Shown here: positions 10,039-20,158 of the stretch, piece by piece
How the letters are laid out: each line of letters begins with the position of its first letter
Position numbering within the stretch: the stretch's first letter is position 1
From: Candidatus Latescibacterota bacterium
GTDB lineage: Bacteria > Latescibacterota > UBA2968 > UBA8231
Direction: 5' to 3'
Assembly: GCA_965242865.1 (NCBI GenBank)
Contig: CBDETK010000013.1
Span: 4,672,001-4,736,000, forward strand
DNA: 64,000 nucleotides
Notes under the pieces: generated by a model
Seen by the model: only the letters and a program-made list of their open reading frames with translations
Databases searched by the model: none
What the model was told of the DNA's origin: nothing
Translations under genes and position numbers: made by a program

Positions 10039-10890
10039 CTAGGCGTACAGCCCGAATACGCTGGCCCCCAACCAGAGCAGGGCATTGATCTGCAAGGGCC
10101 GGTCGCGCCAGACGACGGCCGTTGGGTCGTCCCCCAGCCCCCGGTGGTACACTAGATAGAGATAGCGCAACACGCCGTAGAGCACGAAAGGGATCGTCCA
10201 CTGCATTTGCCCGCCCTCCCCCATCGCGTAGAGCGCGTAGCAGACTATGGTCACGGCCGTGAGGATGGCGATCATCTGGTCGAGGAAAGGGGTGCTGTAT
10301 TCGTCGAGGATGGCGCGGTGATCGGCGGCCCCATCCAGCAGTTGTACCATCTCCTGCCGGCGCTTGATCGTAACCACGAAGAGCACCAGGGCGAAGATGC
10401 AGATGATAAACCAAGTGGAAATAGGCACCTCAATGACCAAGCCGCCGCCGACTGCGCGCAGCAGGTAACACGCGGCCACGATTAGTACATCCACCAACAC
10501 CACGTGCTTGAGCCGGAGCGAGTACGCCGCGTTGAGCAGAGCGTAGCAGGCGGCAACCCCCCCCAAATGAGGGTGGAGCCAAAAAGCACCGGCCAACGCC
10601 AAGGTCAACGCGCCCAAAGCCGCCGCCCCGGCCCCGGCGACCGAGAGGCGACCGGCGGCAATTGGCCGGTGGCGTTTTTGGGGATGCTGGCGGTCGCACT
10701 GGCGGTCGAAGATGTCGTTGAAGAGATAGACGCCTCCGCTCAGCAGGACGAAGCAGAGGGCCGCCCCGGTGCTGCGTAGCAGGTAGGGAATTTCAAAGAG
10801 GTGTTCGGAAAAGACGAGGGCGGGAAAGACGAAGGCATTCTTGATCCACTGCCGGGGGCGCATGGACCACAGGATGTAGTAGAGCGACAA
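10039..10890 (-). CDS. UbiA-family decaprenyl-phosphate phosphoribosyltransferase
   Basis: MRPRQWIKN, YLFNDIFD..DR.HP.KR.RPIAAG, KRRQE, DDPT motifs. Confidence 0.9.
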   Translation of the reverse strand: MSLYYILWSMRPRQWIKNAFVFPALVFSEHLFEIPYLLRSTGAALCFVLLSGGVYLFNDIFDRQCDRQHPQKRHRPIAAGRLSVAGAGAAALGALTLALAGAFWLHPHLGGVAACYALLNAAYSLRLKHVVLVDVLIVAACYLLRAVGGGLVIEVPISTWFIICIFALVLFVVTIKRRQEMVQLLDGAADHRAILDEYSTPFLDQMIAILTAVTIVCYALYAMGEGGQMQWTIPFVLYGVLRYLYLVYHRGLGDDPTAVVWRDRPLQINALLWLGASVFGLYA

Positions 10891-10930
10891 AACAGGGCTA
10901 TGCTTCTACACGACCGGAGAGCAGAGGCCA

Positions 10931-11491
10931 TCAGACCTCCATGATCTCCTTTTCTTTGGTGTCGATGATCCCGTCGATGGAGGCTACGTATTCAGCGGTC
11001 AACTCCTGCACCCTTTTCTGCGCGCTGCGCGATTCGTCTTCAGAGATCTCCCCGTCCTTTTGGGCTTGCTGGAGCAGGTCTATCCCGTCGCGCCGCGCAT
11101 GCCGCACCGCGACTCGCCCTTCCTCGGCTCGGTGCCGGGCGACTTTGGTGATTTCCACCCGCCGCTCCTCGGTCAGTTCGGGAATGGGCAGCCGGATGAT
11201 GGCGCCGTCGTTGGCCGGGTTGAGGCCCAAGCTCTTGTCGGCGAGAATGGCCCTTTCAATCACAGGAATCAAGGCCGCCTCCCAAGGCTTGATCGCCAAC
11301 AAGCGCGGCTCGGGGACGCTGATCGTCGCCACCTGATTGAGCGGCGTCTGTTGGCCGTAGTAATCCACCCGCACATTGTCGAGCATGGCGACTGAGGCTC
11401 GCCCCGTGCGGATAGAGGCCAAGTCGCGGCGCAGGGACTCAATGGCCTTGTCCATTGCCTCTTTTACTGTCTCAAGGACCTCTTCGAGCAT
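10931..11491 (-). CDS. frr: Ribosome recycling factor
   Basis: IRTGRAS, VDYYG, LGLNPANDG, IPELTEERR. Confidence 0.97.
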   Translation of the reverse strand: MLEEVLETVKEAMDKAIESLRRDLASIRTGRASVAMLDNVRVDYYGQQTPLNQVATISVPEPRLLAIKPWEAALIPVIERAILADKSLGLNPANDGAIIRLPIPELTEERRVEITKVARHRAEEGRVAVRHARRDGIDLLQQAQKDGEISEDESRSAQKRVQELTAEYVASIDGIIDTKEKEIMEV

Positions 11492-11502
11492 GGCGGCCTC
11501 GT

Positions 11503-12105
11503 TCAGGCGTCTTCGCCCAAGACGAACCGCTCAAAGCGCCGCACGGTAATTTTTTCGCCGATTTTGGCGGTTATCTCGGAGATTAGTTCGCCGATGGTCT
11601 GGTCGGGGTTTTTGACGAAGACCTGTTCCATTAGGCAGTTTTCCTGATAGAACTTCTCCAGCCGGCCCTCGACGATTTTCGCGGCAATGTGCTCGGGCTT
11701 GCCCTCGTTTTTGGCCTGTTCGAGGTAGATAGCCCGCTCTCTTGCCACGGCGTCGGCCGCAATGCCCTCCCGATCGACCGCCAACGGCTGGGAGGCAGCA
11801 ATGTGCATGGCCACGTCCTTGGCGAACCCTTGGAAGTCGTCGGTGCGCGCGACGAAGTCGGTTTCGCAGTTGACCTCTAACAGCACGCCGAGGCGGCTGC
11901 CTTGGTGAATATACGCTTGGATCAGGCCCTCGCTGGCGTCGCGGCCGGCCCGCTTCTCCACGGCGGACAAGCCCTGCTTGCGCAAGTACTCAATGGCCTT
12001 TTCGCTGTCGCCGCCGGTCTCTTGCAGGGCCTTCTTGCAATCCATCATGCCCAAGCCCGTCTTTTGCCGGAGCATTCGGACGCTTTGTGCGGTAATCTGA
12101 GTCAT
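11503..12105 (-). CDS. tsf: Elongation factor Ts (short form)
   Basis: LRQKTGLGMMDCKKAL, EVNCETDFVA. Confidence 0.97.
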   Translation of the reverse strand: MTQITAQSVRMLRQKTGLGMMDCKKALQETGGDSEKAIEYLRKQGLSAVEKRAGRDASEGLIQAYIHQGSRLGVLLEVNCETDFVARTDDFQGFAKDVAMHIAASQPLAVDREGIAADAVARERAIYLEQAKNEGKPEHIAAKIVEGRLEKFYQENCLMEQVFVKNPDQTIGELISEITAKIGEKITVRRFERFVLGEDA

Positions 12106-12127
12106 CGTCGTTTGCTTTCAAAAAGGT

Positions 12128-12886
12128 CTAGGCCATGGCCACGGCCACGGCCGGGGTCTCTTCGGCCTCTCGCTTGTCGTCGCGGGCGGCCTTCTCGGCC
12201 TCGGCTTCGGCCCGGCCCTCGATCACCGCGTCGGCGATGAGGCGCGTGATCAGGCCGATCGAGCGGATGGCATCGTCGTTGCCCGGGATTGGATAGGTCA
12301 CTAAGTCGGGGTCGCAGTTGGTATCGACGATGGCCACCGAAGGAATGCCCAGTTTGGCCGTCTCGCGCACGGCGATGTGCTCCTTCTTGATGTCGATGAT
12401 AAAGACCAAGCCGGGCAGGCCGCCCATGTTGCGGATGCCGGCCAAGGTCCGCTGGAGCCGGGTGCGCTCTTTTTCGAGCAGCAGGACCTCTTTTTTCTTG
12501 AGGTTTTCGTACGTCCCGTCGCCCGAGATGCGGTCGAGATGCTCTAGGTGGCGGATGCTTTGGCGGATGGTCTGCCAGTTGGTCAGCATCCCGCCGAGCC
12601 AGCGCTCGGTGGCGTGAAACATGCCGCAGCGCTCGGCCTCCTGCCGCACGAGATCTGCCGCCTGCTTCTTCGTGCCGACAAAGAACACGGCGCGGCCGGC
12701 GCGGGCCGTCTGGCGCACGGCTTGGCAAGCGGCTTCAACCTTGCCGACCGTCTTTTGCAGGTCGATGATGTGAATGCCGTTGCGCTCGGTGAAGATGTAG
12801 GGCCGCATTTTGGGATTCCAGCGCCGAGTTTGGTGCCCGAAGTGGGTCCCGGCTTCCAGCAAATCGCGGATGGTAAAATCGGCCAT
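12128..12886 (-). CDS. rpsB: 30S ribosomal protein S2
   Basis: [29 protein letters not shown]; start at MADF with GGAG RBS. Confidence 0.97.
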   Translation of the reverse strand: MADFTIRDLLEAGTHFGHQTRRWNPKMRPYIFTERNGIHIIDLQKTVGKVEAACQAVRQTARAGRAVFFVGTKKQAADLVRQEAERCGMFHATERWLGGMLTNWQTIRQSIRHLEHLDRISGDGTYENLKKKEVLLLEKERTRLQRTLAGIRNMGGLPGLVFIIDIKKEHIAVRETAKLGIPSVAIVDTNCDPDLVTYPIPGNDDAIRSIGLITRLIADAVIEGRAEAEAEKAARDDKREAEETPAVAVAMA

Positions 12887-13009
12887 TGTCGCTCCTAACG
12901 GTGAGTTGGGCCTCCGCCTCCGTCGCCTACACACAGAAGACCCGCAGCCGCCGAACGCCTGCGGGACACTCTCTGCTGTGCATCGGGAAGCGTGTGTATT
13001 GGAATGGGA

Positions 13010-13402
13010 CTAGCGCTTGGAAAATTGGAAGCGCTTGCGCGCCCCGGCCAATCCGTACTTTTTGCGCTCTTTCTCGCGGGCATCGCGCGTCAAAAAGCCG
13101 CCCTTCTTCAGCACTTCCCGCTTCTGCGGGTCGTACTGAACCAAGGCGCGGGCAATGCCCAAACAGGCGGCCCCGGCTTGGCCGCGCAGGCCGCCGCCCC
13201 GGGTGGAAATGTGAATGTCAAACGTATGGCGCGTCTCAGTCAGATCCAGCGGCTGCACCAAGATCATTTCTAGAGAGTCCCGACGCAGGTATTCGCCGAC
13301 CACACGGCCGTTCATGTAAATAGTGCCATCGCCGAGCTGCATCCGCACTCGGGCCACTGAGGTCTTTCGGCGGCCGGTCGCTTCGTAGCTTTCTAAGGGC
13401 AT
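13010..13402 (-). CDS. rpsI: 30S ribosomal protein S9
   Basis: TGRRKTSVARV...KERKKYGL..ARKRFQFSKR. Confidence 0.98.
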   Translation of the reverse strand: MPLESYEATGRRKTSVARVRMQLGDGTIYMNGRVVGEYLRRDSLEMILVQPLDLTETRHTFDIHISTRGGGLRGQAGAACLGIARALVQYDPQKREVLKKGGFLTRDAREKERKKYGLAGARKRFQFSKR

Positions 13403-13420
13403 AAACGCGTGGCCTTTGGC

Positions 13421-13855
13421 TTAAAGTTCGAGAGGCTGGGGGTTTTGCGCTTGATGCCGGTGTTGGCCGCCGACATAGACGCGGAGCTTCTTTAGCTGCA
13501 TCCGGCCCAACTTGGTGTGCGGCAGCATGCCCCGCACGGCCCTGCGAATGATCCGATCGGGATGCCGCTCGGCCATGCGGCTGTAGGGCGTGACCCGCAA
13601 GCCACCTGGATAGCCGGTGTGGCGGTAATAGACCTTCTTGGCGGCCTTGTCGCCCGTGACCCGCACCTTATCGGCGTGAATCACGATGACGTGGTCGCCT
13701 ATATCGACGTGCGGGGCGTATTCGGGCTTGCCCTTGCCGCGCAGCACTTGGGCGATTTCCGAAGCCAGCCGCCCCAGCACCTTGTCTGTGGCATCGACCA
13801 CAAACCACTGCCGCTCAATTTCGCCCGCTTTTGGGGCGTAGGTAATGTCGTTCAT
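13421..13855 (-). CDS. rplM: 50S ribosomal protein L13
   Basis: WFVVDA...LGRLAS...LRGK.KP.YAPH.D.GD, HTGYPGG. Confidence 0.98.
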   Translation of the reverse strand: MNDITYAPKAGEIERQWFVVDATDKVLGRLASEIAQVLRGKGKPEYAPHVDIGDHVIVIHADKVRVTGDKAAKKVYYRHTGYPGGLRVTPYSRMAERHPDRIIRRAVRGMLPHTKLGRMQLKKLRVYVGGQHRHQAQNPQPLEL

Positions 13856-13907
13856 CGGCTTTTCTTCGGCTTTTCTTTGGATTATTCAGATTATATAGAA
13901 GTTGTTT

Positions 13908-13936
13908 AACCTAAGCCCTCTATTTCGGCTTGTCAA
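13908..13936 (-). promoter_or_regulatory. Sigma70-like promoter of rplM operon
   Basis: TTGACA-N17-TAGGTT on the minus strand. Confidence 0.6.
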
Positions 13937-14550
13937 GATGGGTCCACCCGGCGCTTGCGCCACCAGCGCCCGAGCAGCACCGCCCCCACCAAGCACAATA
14001 TCCCGACCAAGACTCTATTGTATTGCGTGTATTGCGCGAGCATTTCCGCGACCTGTTCCCAGTTCTCGCCCACCAAAAACCCGGCGTAGAGCAGCAAGCC
14101 GTTCCAAACCGCCATGCCAATCGCGCTGCATAGTACAACGGTCAGCCAAGGCATGCGGCCGAGCCCCGCGCCGATGGCGATGACCGACCGAATGCCGCTC
14201 AAGAACCGATTGCCCAGAATGAGCGCGACGCCGTAGCGACCGAGCCACCGCTCGGCTTGGGCCAGCTTTGCCGTGCCCCGCCGCCCCGCAAAGAAGGCGC
14301 GCCCCCGGCTGTAGCCCAGATAGTACATGGCTAGAAAACCAGCCGTGCCCCCAACGCAGGTCGCAAAAAAAACCGGCCATATATCCAAGAGGCCGCGCCC
14401 TACCAGATAGGCACTAAACACCACCACCGTATCGCCCGGTACAGGCGGCACGATGTTTTCCAAAAAAGCACTGAGCAACAACAGGCCGTATGCCCACAGG
14501 GGATCAACGCCCGCCAAGACCGCGAGCAGGGAATCTAAATAGGCCGCCAT
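13933..14550 (-). CDS. DedA family membrane protein
   Basis: ENIVPPVPGD, NRFLSGIRS.IAI.AG motifs. Confidence 0.9.
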   Translation of the reverse strand: MAAYLDSLLAVLAGVDPLWAYGLLLLSAFLENIVPPVPGDTVVVFSAYLVGRGLLDIWPVFFATCVGGTAGFLAMYYLGYSRGRAFFAGRRGTAKLAQAERWLGRYGVALILGNRFLSGIRSVIAIGAGLGRMPWLTVVLCSAIGMAVWNGLLLYAGFLVGENWEQVAEMLAQYTQYNRVLVGILCLVGAVLLGRWWRKRRVDPS

Positions 14551-14553
14551 GCT

Positions 14554-15729
14554 TTAGAGCGTCAAAAGGGCCACGGCTTGGGCCGCCATACCCTCCTCGC
14601 GCCCGACGAACCCCAAGCACTCGGTCGTCGTGGCCTTGAGCGAAACTTGCTCCACCGCTAGGCCCAAGGTCTCAGCGAGCGTCTGGCGCATCGCCGCTAG
14701 GTGCGGCGCGAGTTTGGGCCGCTGGGCCGCGACGCCGGCGTCGATATGTAAGACCCGCGCTCCTCGTTCCGCCAGCAGGTGGCCGACCCGTTCGAGCAGC
14801 ACCAAGCTCGATATATCCTTGTATTGCGCGTCCGAGTCGGGAAAGAGTTGGCCAATATCTCCGGCCGCCAGCGCGCCCAAGAGCGCGTCTATGATCGCAT
14901 GCGTCAGCACATCCGCGTCCGAATGGCCCGCCAGTCCCCGCGCAAAAGGCACGACGACCCCGCCCAAAATTAGGGGCCGCCCTTCCACCAAGCGATGCAC
15001 GTCGTATCCCTGTCCTATGCGCAAGCCCATGGCCGGCTCCTCCTCCTTGGTGCGCATTCGCCACTCGGCCCAAGCCAGATCCTCGGGCGTGGTGATCTTG
15101 CGGTTGTCCGCTTCTCCGGGCACGACGCAGACGGGGTGGCCCAATCGCTCGACCAGCGCGGCGTCGTCCGTGGTCGCGGCATCGGGGCCGGCTGCTCGGT
15201 AGGCTCTCAGGAGCAGGGCGCGGTCAAAGCCCTGCGGGGTCTGCGCCTGCCACAACCGCTCGCGCCGCGGCGTACCGACGACCCGCTCGTCCGTCACCTC
15301 TTTGATCGTCTCTACTACGGGTAGCGCGGGCAGTGCCGCTCCGTGCGTGCGCGTGGCCGCGACCACTCTCTCCAGCAATCCCTCCGAAATAAAGGGCCGC
15401 ACCGCGTCGTGGACCAAAACCATATCGGCGTGGGTCTCCTGCAAACCCCGATACACAGAGGCGCTGCGCTCAGCTCCCCCGGGCACCAGGGCGGCGATTT
15501 TGGCAAAGCCGCCGCGCTCGCTCAACTGGCGGCGACAAGGGTCCAAGTCCGCGCCCCGCACGACCAAGACGATGTCGGTCACCAGCGGACTGGCTTCGAG
15601 GCGTGCGAGCGCGTGCCAGAGTAGGGGCCGACCTCCCAACGGCAGGTACTGCTTGGGCCGATTGCCGCCCATGCGCTGGCCCCGGCCGCCGGCCGGCACG
15701 ATGGCGGTTATGCGTTCCACCGCTGTCAC
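14554..15729 (-). CDS. ispDF: Bifunctional IspD/IspF (MEP pathway)
   Basis: AGG.G.RMG...KQY, HDAVRP, QTPQGF; then RIGQGYDVH, GHSDADV..HAIIDA. Confidence 0.95.
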   Translation of the reverse strand: MTAVERITAIVPAGGRGQRMGGNRPKQYLPLGGRPLLWHALARLEASPLVTDIVLVVRGADLDPCRRQLSERGGFAKIAALVPGGAERSASVYRGLQETHADMVLVHDAVRPFISEGLLERVVAATRTHGAALPALPVVETIKEVTDERVVGTPRRERLWQAQTPQGFDRALLLRAYRAAGPDAATTDDAALVERLGHPVCVVPGEADNRKITTPEDLAWAEWRMRTKEEEPAMGLRIGQGYDVHRLVEGRPLILGGVVVPFARGLAGHSDADVLTHAIIDALLGALAAGDIGQLFPDSDAQYKDISSLVLLERVGHLLAERGARVLHIDAGVAAQRPKLAPHLAAMRQTLAETLGLAVEQVSLKATTTECLGFVGREEGMAAQAVALLTL

Positions 15730-16754
15730 GCGATCATCATGGCGTCGCCGTAGCTGTAGAAGCGATAGCCCCGCTCTACGGCCTCGCGGTAGGCGGCCAA
15801 AAGCCGATCCCGCCCGACGAACGCCGCCACGAGCAACAACAGGCTCGAGCGCGGCAAGTGAAAGTTGGTCACCAAGCTATCGACCGCTTTGAATGGGTAG
15901 GGTGGGTAGATAAACGCATCGGCCAATCCCGCTTTGGCCCGCACTTGGCCCGCGGCATCGACACTCGACTCCAAGGTCCGCACCACCGTTGTTCCGACGG
16001 CGACGACGCGCCCAGCGGCTGCGCGGCAACGCTGGAGCGCGGCCGCCACGGGCTCGTCAATTTCGCAGTATTCAGGCTCGAGTACGTGCTGGCGCGGGTC
16101 CGCGCAGCGCACCGGCTCAAACGTGCCCGGCCCCACGTGCAAGACCACCTTGAGAACCGCCACGCCCTTGGCCGCGATCGCCGCGAGCAGCTGAGGGGTA
16201 AAGTGCAGGCCGGCCGTGGGCGCGGCAACAGCGCCCGGACGCGCCGCATACACGGTCTGATAGCGCGCTCGGTCTGCGGCCTCGGGTGCCCGCCGGATGT
16301 AAGGCGGCAGTGGGATTTCCCCGATCTCTTCCAGCCGCGCCAGCACGTCCTCAACGGCAAAGCGCACGCGGAACCGCCCCGGCGCAACCTGCTCGACGAT
16401 GTGCGCTTTTATTGCTCCATCGCCAAACTCCAACCGCGTCGTTGGTTTTAAGCCCCGCCCGGGTCGCCCCATAACCAGCCAATCGCCGGCCGCTAGCGGC
16501 CTGAGCAACAGCAACTCAACCCGGCCGCCGGTGGCCGCTTTACGGCCCCGGAGCCGCGCCGGCACGACCTCGGTTTGGTTCAATACTAGGGCGTCGCCGG
16601 GCGCGAGTTGATCGACGATGGCCCCAAAGTGCAGGTGCTGCAATGAGCCATCCGCCCGGTTCAAGAGCAAAAGGCGCGCTTGATCGCGCTCGGGGGGCGG
16701 GCGTTGGGCGATCAGCGCGTCGGGCAGGTCAAAATCGTAGTCCACCAAGTGCAT
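15726..16754 (-). CDS. queA: S-adenosylmethionine:tRNA ribosyltransferase-isomerase
   Basis: DYDFDLP..LIAQ, PLPPYI, AVAAPTAGLHF, TNFHLP, YRFYSYGDAM. Confidence 0.97.
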   Translation of the reverse strand: MHLVDYDFDLPDALIAQRPPPERDQARLLLLNRADGSLQHLHFGAIVDQLAPGDALVLNQTEVVPARLRGRKAATGGRVELLLLRPLAAGDWLVMGRPGRGLKPTTRLEFGDGAIKAHIVEQVAPGRFRVRFAVEDVLARLEEIGEIPLPPYIRRAPEAADRARYQTVYAARPGAVAAPTAGLHFTPQLLAAIAAKGVAVLKVVLHVGPGTFEPVRCADPRQHVLEPEYCEIDEPVAAALQRCRAAAGRVVAVGTTVVRTLESSVDAAGQVRAKAGLADAFIYPPYPFKAVDSLVTNFHLPRSSLLLLVAAFVGRDRLLAAYREAVERGYRFYSYGDAMMIA

Positions 16755-16758
16755 TGAG

Positions 16759-17451
16759 TTATGCCCGCCACCGCGCATAGCGGAAAATGGTCCAGAGGAT
16801 TTTGTAACCGGCCCGCAGCGTCCCGCCGAGCGTTCCGGTAATTTTGGAGGTGCCGATGCGGCGGCGATAGCGCACCGGCACCTCGGCCGTCCGCAGGCCG
16901 AGTCGAGCGGCTTTGACCTGCATCTCAACGGTCCAGCCAAAGGTGCGGTCCCGCATTTTTAGCCGCCGGAGCGCGCCGGAGCGCACAGCGCGAAAAGGCC
17001 CCAAATCCGTAAAGGTGACCCCGAACAACAGGCGAATTAAGAAGGTGGCCAACCCATTGCCAAACCGAGCCTGCGGCAAGAGCGCGCCCGGTTCTCGCTC
17101 CCCCAAGACCCGCGAGCCAATGACCATATCGGCGTGGCCGGCGACAATGGGACGCACTAAAGCGAGCATGTCGGCGGGATAATCGCTGTAATCGCCGTCG
17201 AGAAAGACCACGATATCCGGGCTGTCGAGCTGGGCCATGCCGGCCAAACAGGCTTGGCCGTAGCCGCGGCGCGGCTCCCTGACGACGCAAGCACCCCAGC
17301 GGCGCGCCACCGCGGCCGTGCGGTCGCTGGAGCCATTATCGACGACGATGATCTGCTGGGCGATGTTCGGTATGTCTTGCAGCACCTTGCCGATGGCCTC
17401 TTCTTCGTTGTAGGCGGGAATGACGACGGCAATGGCAGGAGGCGAGTCCAT
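16759..17451 (-). CDS. Glycosyltransferase family 2
   Basis: VVIPAYNEE, VVDNGSSD, FLDGDYSD. Confidence 0.9.
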   Translation of the reverse strand: MDSPPAIAVVIPAYNEEEAIGKVLQDIPNIAQQIIVVDNGSSDRTAAVARRWGACVVREPRRGYGQACLAGMAQLDSPDIVVFLDGDYSDYPADMLALVRPIVAGHADMVIGSRVLGEREPGALLPQARFGNGLATFLIRLLFGVTFTDLGPFRAVRSGALRRLKMRDRTFGWTVEMQVKAARLGLRTAEVPVRYRRRIGTSKITGTLGGTLRAGYKILWTIFRYARWRA

Positions 17452-17478
17452 GCGCTGGGCACCGCAGGGGGAGGGCTG

Positions 17479-18309
17479 CTAGAGGTTTTCCTCCAACCAG
17501 AGGAAGAATAGATCTTGGGCCTCGGCGATATTGTCGAGCAGGGCAAAGCCGTGGTCGGCCGAGTCGAGGAAAACGCGCAGGTCCTTGGGCGCGGCCGTCT
17601 GGGCCTCTAGGCTGCGGGCGAATTCGGCATAGCTGAGCACGCGATCGCCAGCCTGAATTTGGTCTTGCTCGCCGGCCATAAAGAGCATGGACCGCGGGCG
17701 AAACGGATCGAGGTCGGCCCCGGTGACCACCGGCTCTAGCGAAGAGGTCCTCCACAGCCCGGGAGAGAGGGAGACGCCGGTTTTTATTTGCTCGGGGAAC
17801 GTGCCCAAACTCACGAAGGCCACATTGCCTCCCGAGCCACTGCCCACGACCGCGATGCGGCTGACATTGACCATGGACTGGCTCTGCAGCCAGATCAGCG
17901 CGGCGTGGACATCGAGAAAGCCCTGTTCTAGATCGACTAAGTCCAAGACCTCCCGGTCGTTGGGCAGGGGCGTATCGCCGTGCCCGCGCATGTCGAGGGC
18001 CAAGACCGCATACCCGCGCTCTAGCAAGGCCACGTACGTGCCGGTGTTGTTCAGCCAGTCGGATTTGCTCCCCCCCAGATCGTGCAGGAGGATCACCACC
18101 GGCAGGGATGCGCCGTCTTTGATCGTGCCAAAAAGCGCGCTCACTTCGACGCCGTCGTTGGCCGGGAAGCTAACGGATGAAACGGGATATGCGCGCCCCG
18201 GACCTTTGGGCAGCTCGGGACCGACGATCTGGAGATCGTCTTCGGAGTCGCCGCACCCCACGACCCCAGCGGCGAGCACCCAAACCCACGTACGCAATAC
18301 CTTGCTCAT
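17479..18309 (-). CDS. Alpha/beta-hydrolase fold lipoprotein
   Basis: VVGC lipobox, ILLHDLG, ALDMRGHG, G.GSGG, DHG; start chosen at MSKVL. Confidence 0.75.
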   Translation of the reverse strand: MSKVLRTWVWVLAAGVVGCGDSEDDLQIVGPELPKGPGRAYPVSSVSFPANDGVEVSALFGTIKDGASLPVVILLHDLGGSKSDWLNNTGTYVALLERGYAVLALDMRGHGDTPLPNDREVLDLVDLEQGFLDVHAALIWLQSQSMVNVSRIAVVGSGSGGNVAFVSLGTFPEQIKTGVSLSPGLWRTSSLEPVVTGADLDPFRPRSMLFMAGEQDQIQAGDRVLSYAEFARSLEAQTAAPKDLRVFLDSADHGFALLDNIAEAQDLFFLWLEENL

Positions 18310-18426
18310 AAGACCAATCCTCGCCAAAAGCGCGTTGCGAGTGCCCGCACTGGGCAACGCTCCTGCTGTTCGTAACTCCTTGGGTTTGAATAAACCATCT
18401 CGCGCTCTAGGTGTCAACTTGACGCC

Positions 18427-18455
18427 TTGACGCCAACATCCTTTTGCCCTATGCT
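18427..18455 (+). promoter_or_regulatory. Sigma70-like promoter (near-leaderless) for ECF ATPase-pyrC
   Basis: TTGACG-N17-TATGCT, 8 bp before ATG 18464; no RBS. Confidence 0.5.
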
Positions 18456-18463
18456 GCCGCGCT

Positions 18464-20158
18464 ATGATCTGCGTCGAAAAACTCGGCCTGTGCTATGGCG
18501 ACGGCCGAGCCGCCTTGCGCTCGATTGACCTCCACATCAGCCCCGGGGAAAACATCGCCCTCATCGGCCCCAACGGTTCGGGCAAAACCACCCTCGCCCG
18601 TTGCTTAAACGGACTGCTGCGGCCCCACGCCGGTCGGGTCCTCGTCGATGGCATGGACACTGGCGACCCGACTCAGTGCCGCTCCATCCGCCAGCGCGTC
18701 GGCATGGTCTTTCAAAACCCGGACGATCAGCTCGTCGGCAGCACGGTTGCCGACGAATTGGCCTTTGGCTTGGAAAACCTCGCGCTGGCCAGCACTGAAA
18801 TTCAGCGCCGCGTCCAAGAAACCCTCACCGCTTTTGACCTCGAACCCCACCGCCGCTGTCCACCGCACCAACTCGCTGGCGGCGAGAAGCAGCGCGTGGC
18901 CATTGCGGCCGCAGTGGCTAGGCGACCGCGCTATCTGGTCTTGGACGAGGCAACGGCCCTGCTCGACCCCGGCGAAAGACAGCAAGTAGCCGCGCTGCTC
19001 CAGCGGCTGCGCGCCGCCTACCGCATTGCGACGATCCTCATAACCCAGTCCCCGGAAGAAGCCGTACGCGCCGACCGCGTCATCGTCCTCCACGCCGGCC
19101 GGGTCCAAGCCGACGGCTCTCCTACCGCCCTGTTTGCCAACCCCGCCCTCGGCCTCAACCTCCCCTTTGCAAGAGCACTGGCCGATCGCTTGGCGCTGGC
19201 CGAGCCCCACTTGGAGCTAGACGCCTTGTCCGACGCGCTAGCCGCGCTAAAACCCCAGACGCCCCTGCCGCCTTGGACCCCGCCCGCCCCACCCCCGCCC
19301 ACCCCGAGCAAACTAGCAACTCAAGGGCTGACGCACCTCTACGACGAGCCGCTGCCCACTCGGCGGCGCGGCATTCGCGACATCGACCTAGCCATCCCCA
19401 ACCGCTCCGTCTTAGCCCTAGTCGGCCCCAACGGAGCGGGTAAGACCACCCTCGCTCAGCACTTCAACGCCCTGCTCAAACCCTCGCACGGGCGCGTACT
19501 CCTCGACGGCTGCGACATTGACGGCCAGCCCCTAACTCGCGTGCGGCAGCGCGTTGGCTTGGCCTTCCAGTTTCCCGAGCTCCAGCTCTTTGCCGAATCC
19601 GTGGCTGAGGATGTGGCTTTTGGGCCGCGCAACCTCGGGTTTGCGCCCGAGCGCGTCCATGGCCTCGTGGAGCGCGCCCTCGCCATGGTGGGCATGCCGC
19701 TCGCAGCCTTTGGGCCGCGGCCGCCCCTGTCGTTGAGCGGCGGCGAAAGGCGTTGCGTCGCCCTCGCCGGGGTCTTGGCCATGGACCCAGAGGTCTTGGT
19801 GCTCGACGAACCGACCGCCGGCCTCGACCCCCCAACGACGGCCCGCTTGTGCCAGCTCTTCGCCGGTCTAAGCCACCAAGGCCGCACCCTCGTACTGATC
19901 AGCCACGATATGGAGCTCGTCGGCCGCCTAGCCACCCACGTAGCGGTCCTGCGCCAAGGCCGCATCCCGCTGCAAGGGCCGGCCCGCGCCGTGCTCGCCC
20001 ATCCCGAATTCGCGTCCATCAGTGGGCTTGTACCGCCGCCGTCCGTGCAGTTGGCCCGCCGCCTGCGCCGACGCGGTCTAGCCCTAGCCGGCGATCCGCT
20101 GACCCTAGGCGAAACCATCGGCTGGCTCACCCCCCTCGTCGCCCGCGCCCATGGCTAA
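18464..20158 (+). CDS. Fused double ECF-type ABC ATPase (EcfA/A'-like)
   Basis: Two Walker A motifs (GPNGSGKTT, GPNGAGKTT), VFQNP / FQFPE.QLF, LDE motifs. Confidence 0.9.
   Translation: MICVEKLGLCYGDGRAALRSIDLHISPGENIALIGPNGSGKTTLARCLNGLLRPHAGRVLVDGMDTGDPTQCRSIRQRVGMVFQNPDDQLVGSTVADELAFGLENLALASTEIQRRVQETLTAFDLEPHRRCPPHQLAGGEKQRVAIAAAVARRPRYLVLDEATALLDPGERQQVAALLQRLRAAYRIATILITQSPEEAVRADRVIVLHAGRVQADGSPTALFANPALGLNLPFARALADRLALAEPHLELDALSDALAALKPQTPLPPWTPPAPPPPTPSKLATQGLTHLYDEPLPTRRRGIRDIDLAIPNRSVLALVGPNGAGKTTLAQHFNALLKPSHGRVLLDGCDIDGQPLTRVRQRVGLAFQFPELQLFAESVAEDVAFGPRNLGFAPERVHGLVERALAMVGMPLAAFGPRPPLSLSGGERRCVALAGVLAMDPEVLVLDEPTAGLDPPTTARLCQLFAGLSHQGRTLVLISHDMELVGRLATHVAVLRQGRIPLQGPARAVLAHPEFASISGLVPPPSVQLARRLRRRGLALAGDPLTLGETIGWLTPLVARAHG

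Noticed and set aside
12887-13009. Possible rpsB autoregulatory leader RNA
   Set aside because: The position is plausible but I cannot establish a conserved structure from this sequence alone.
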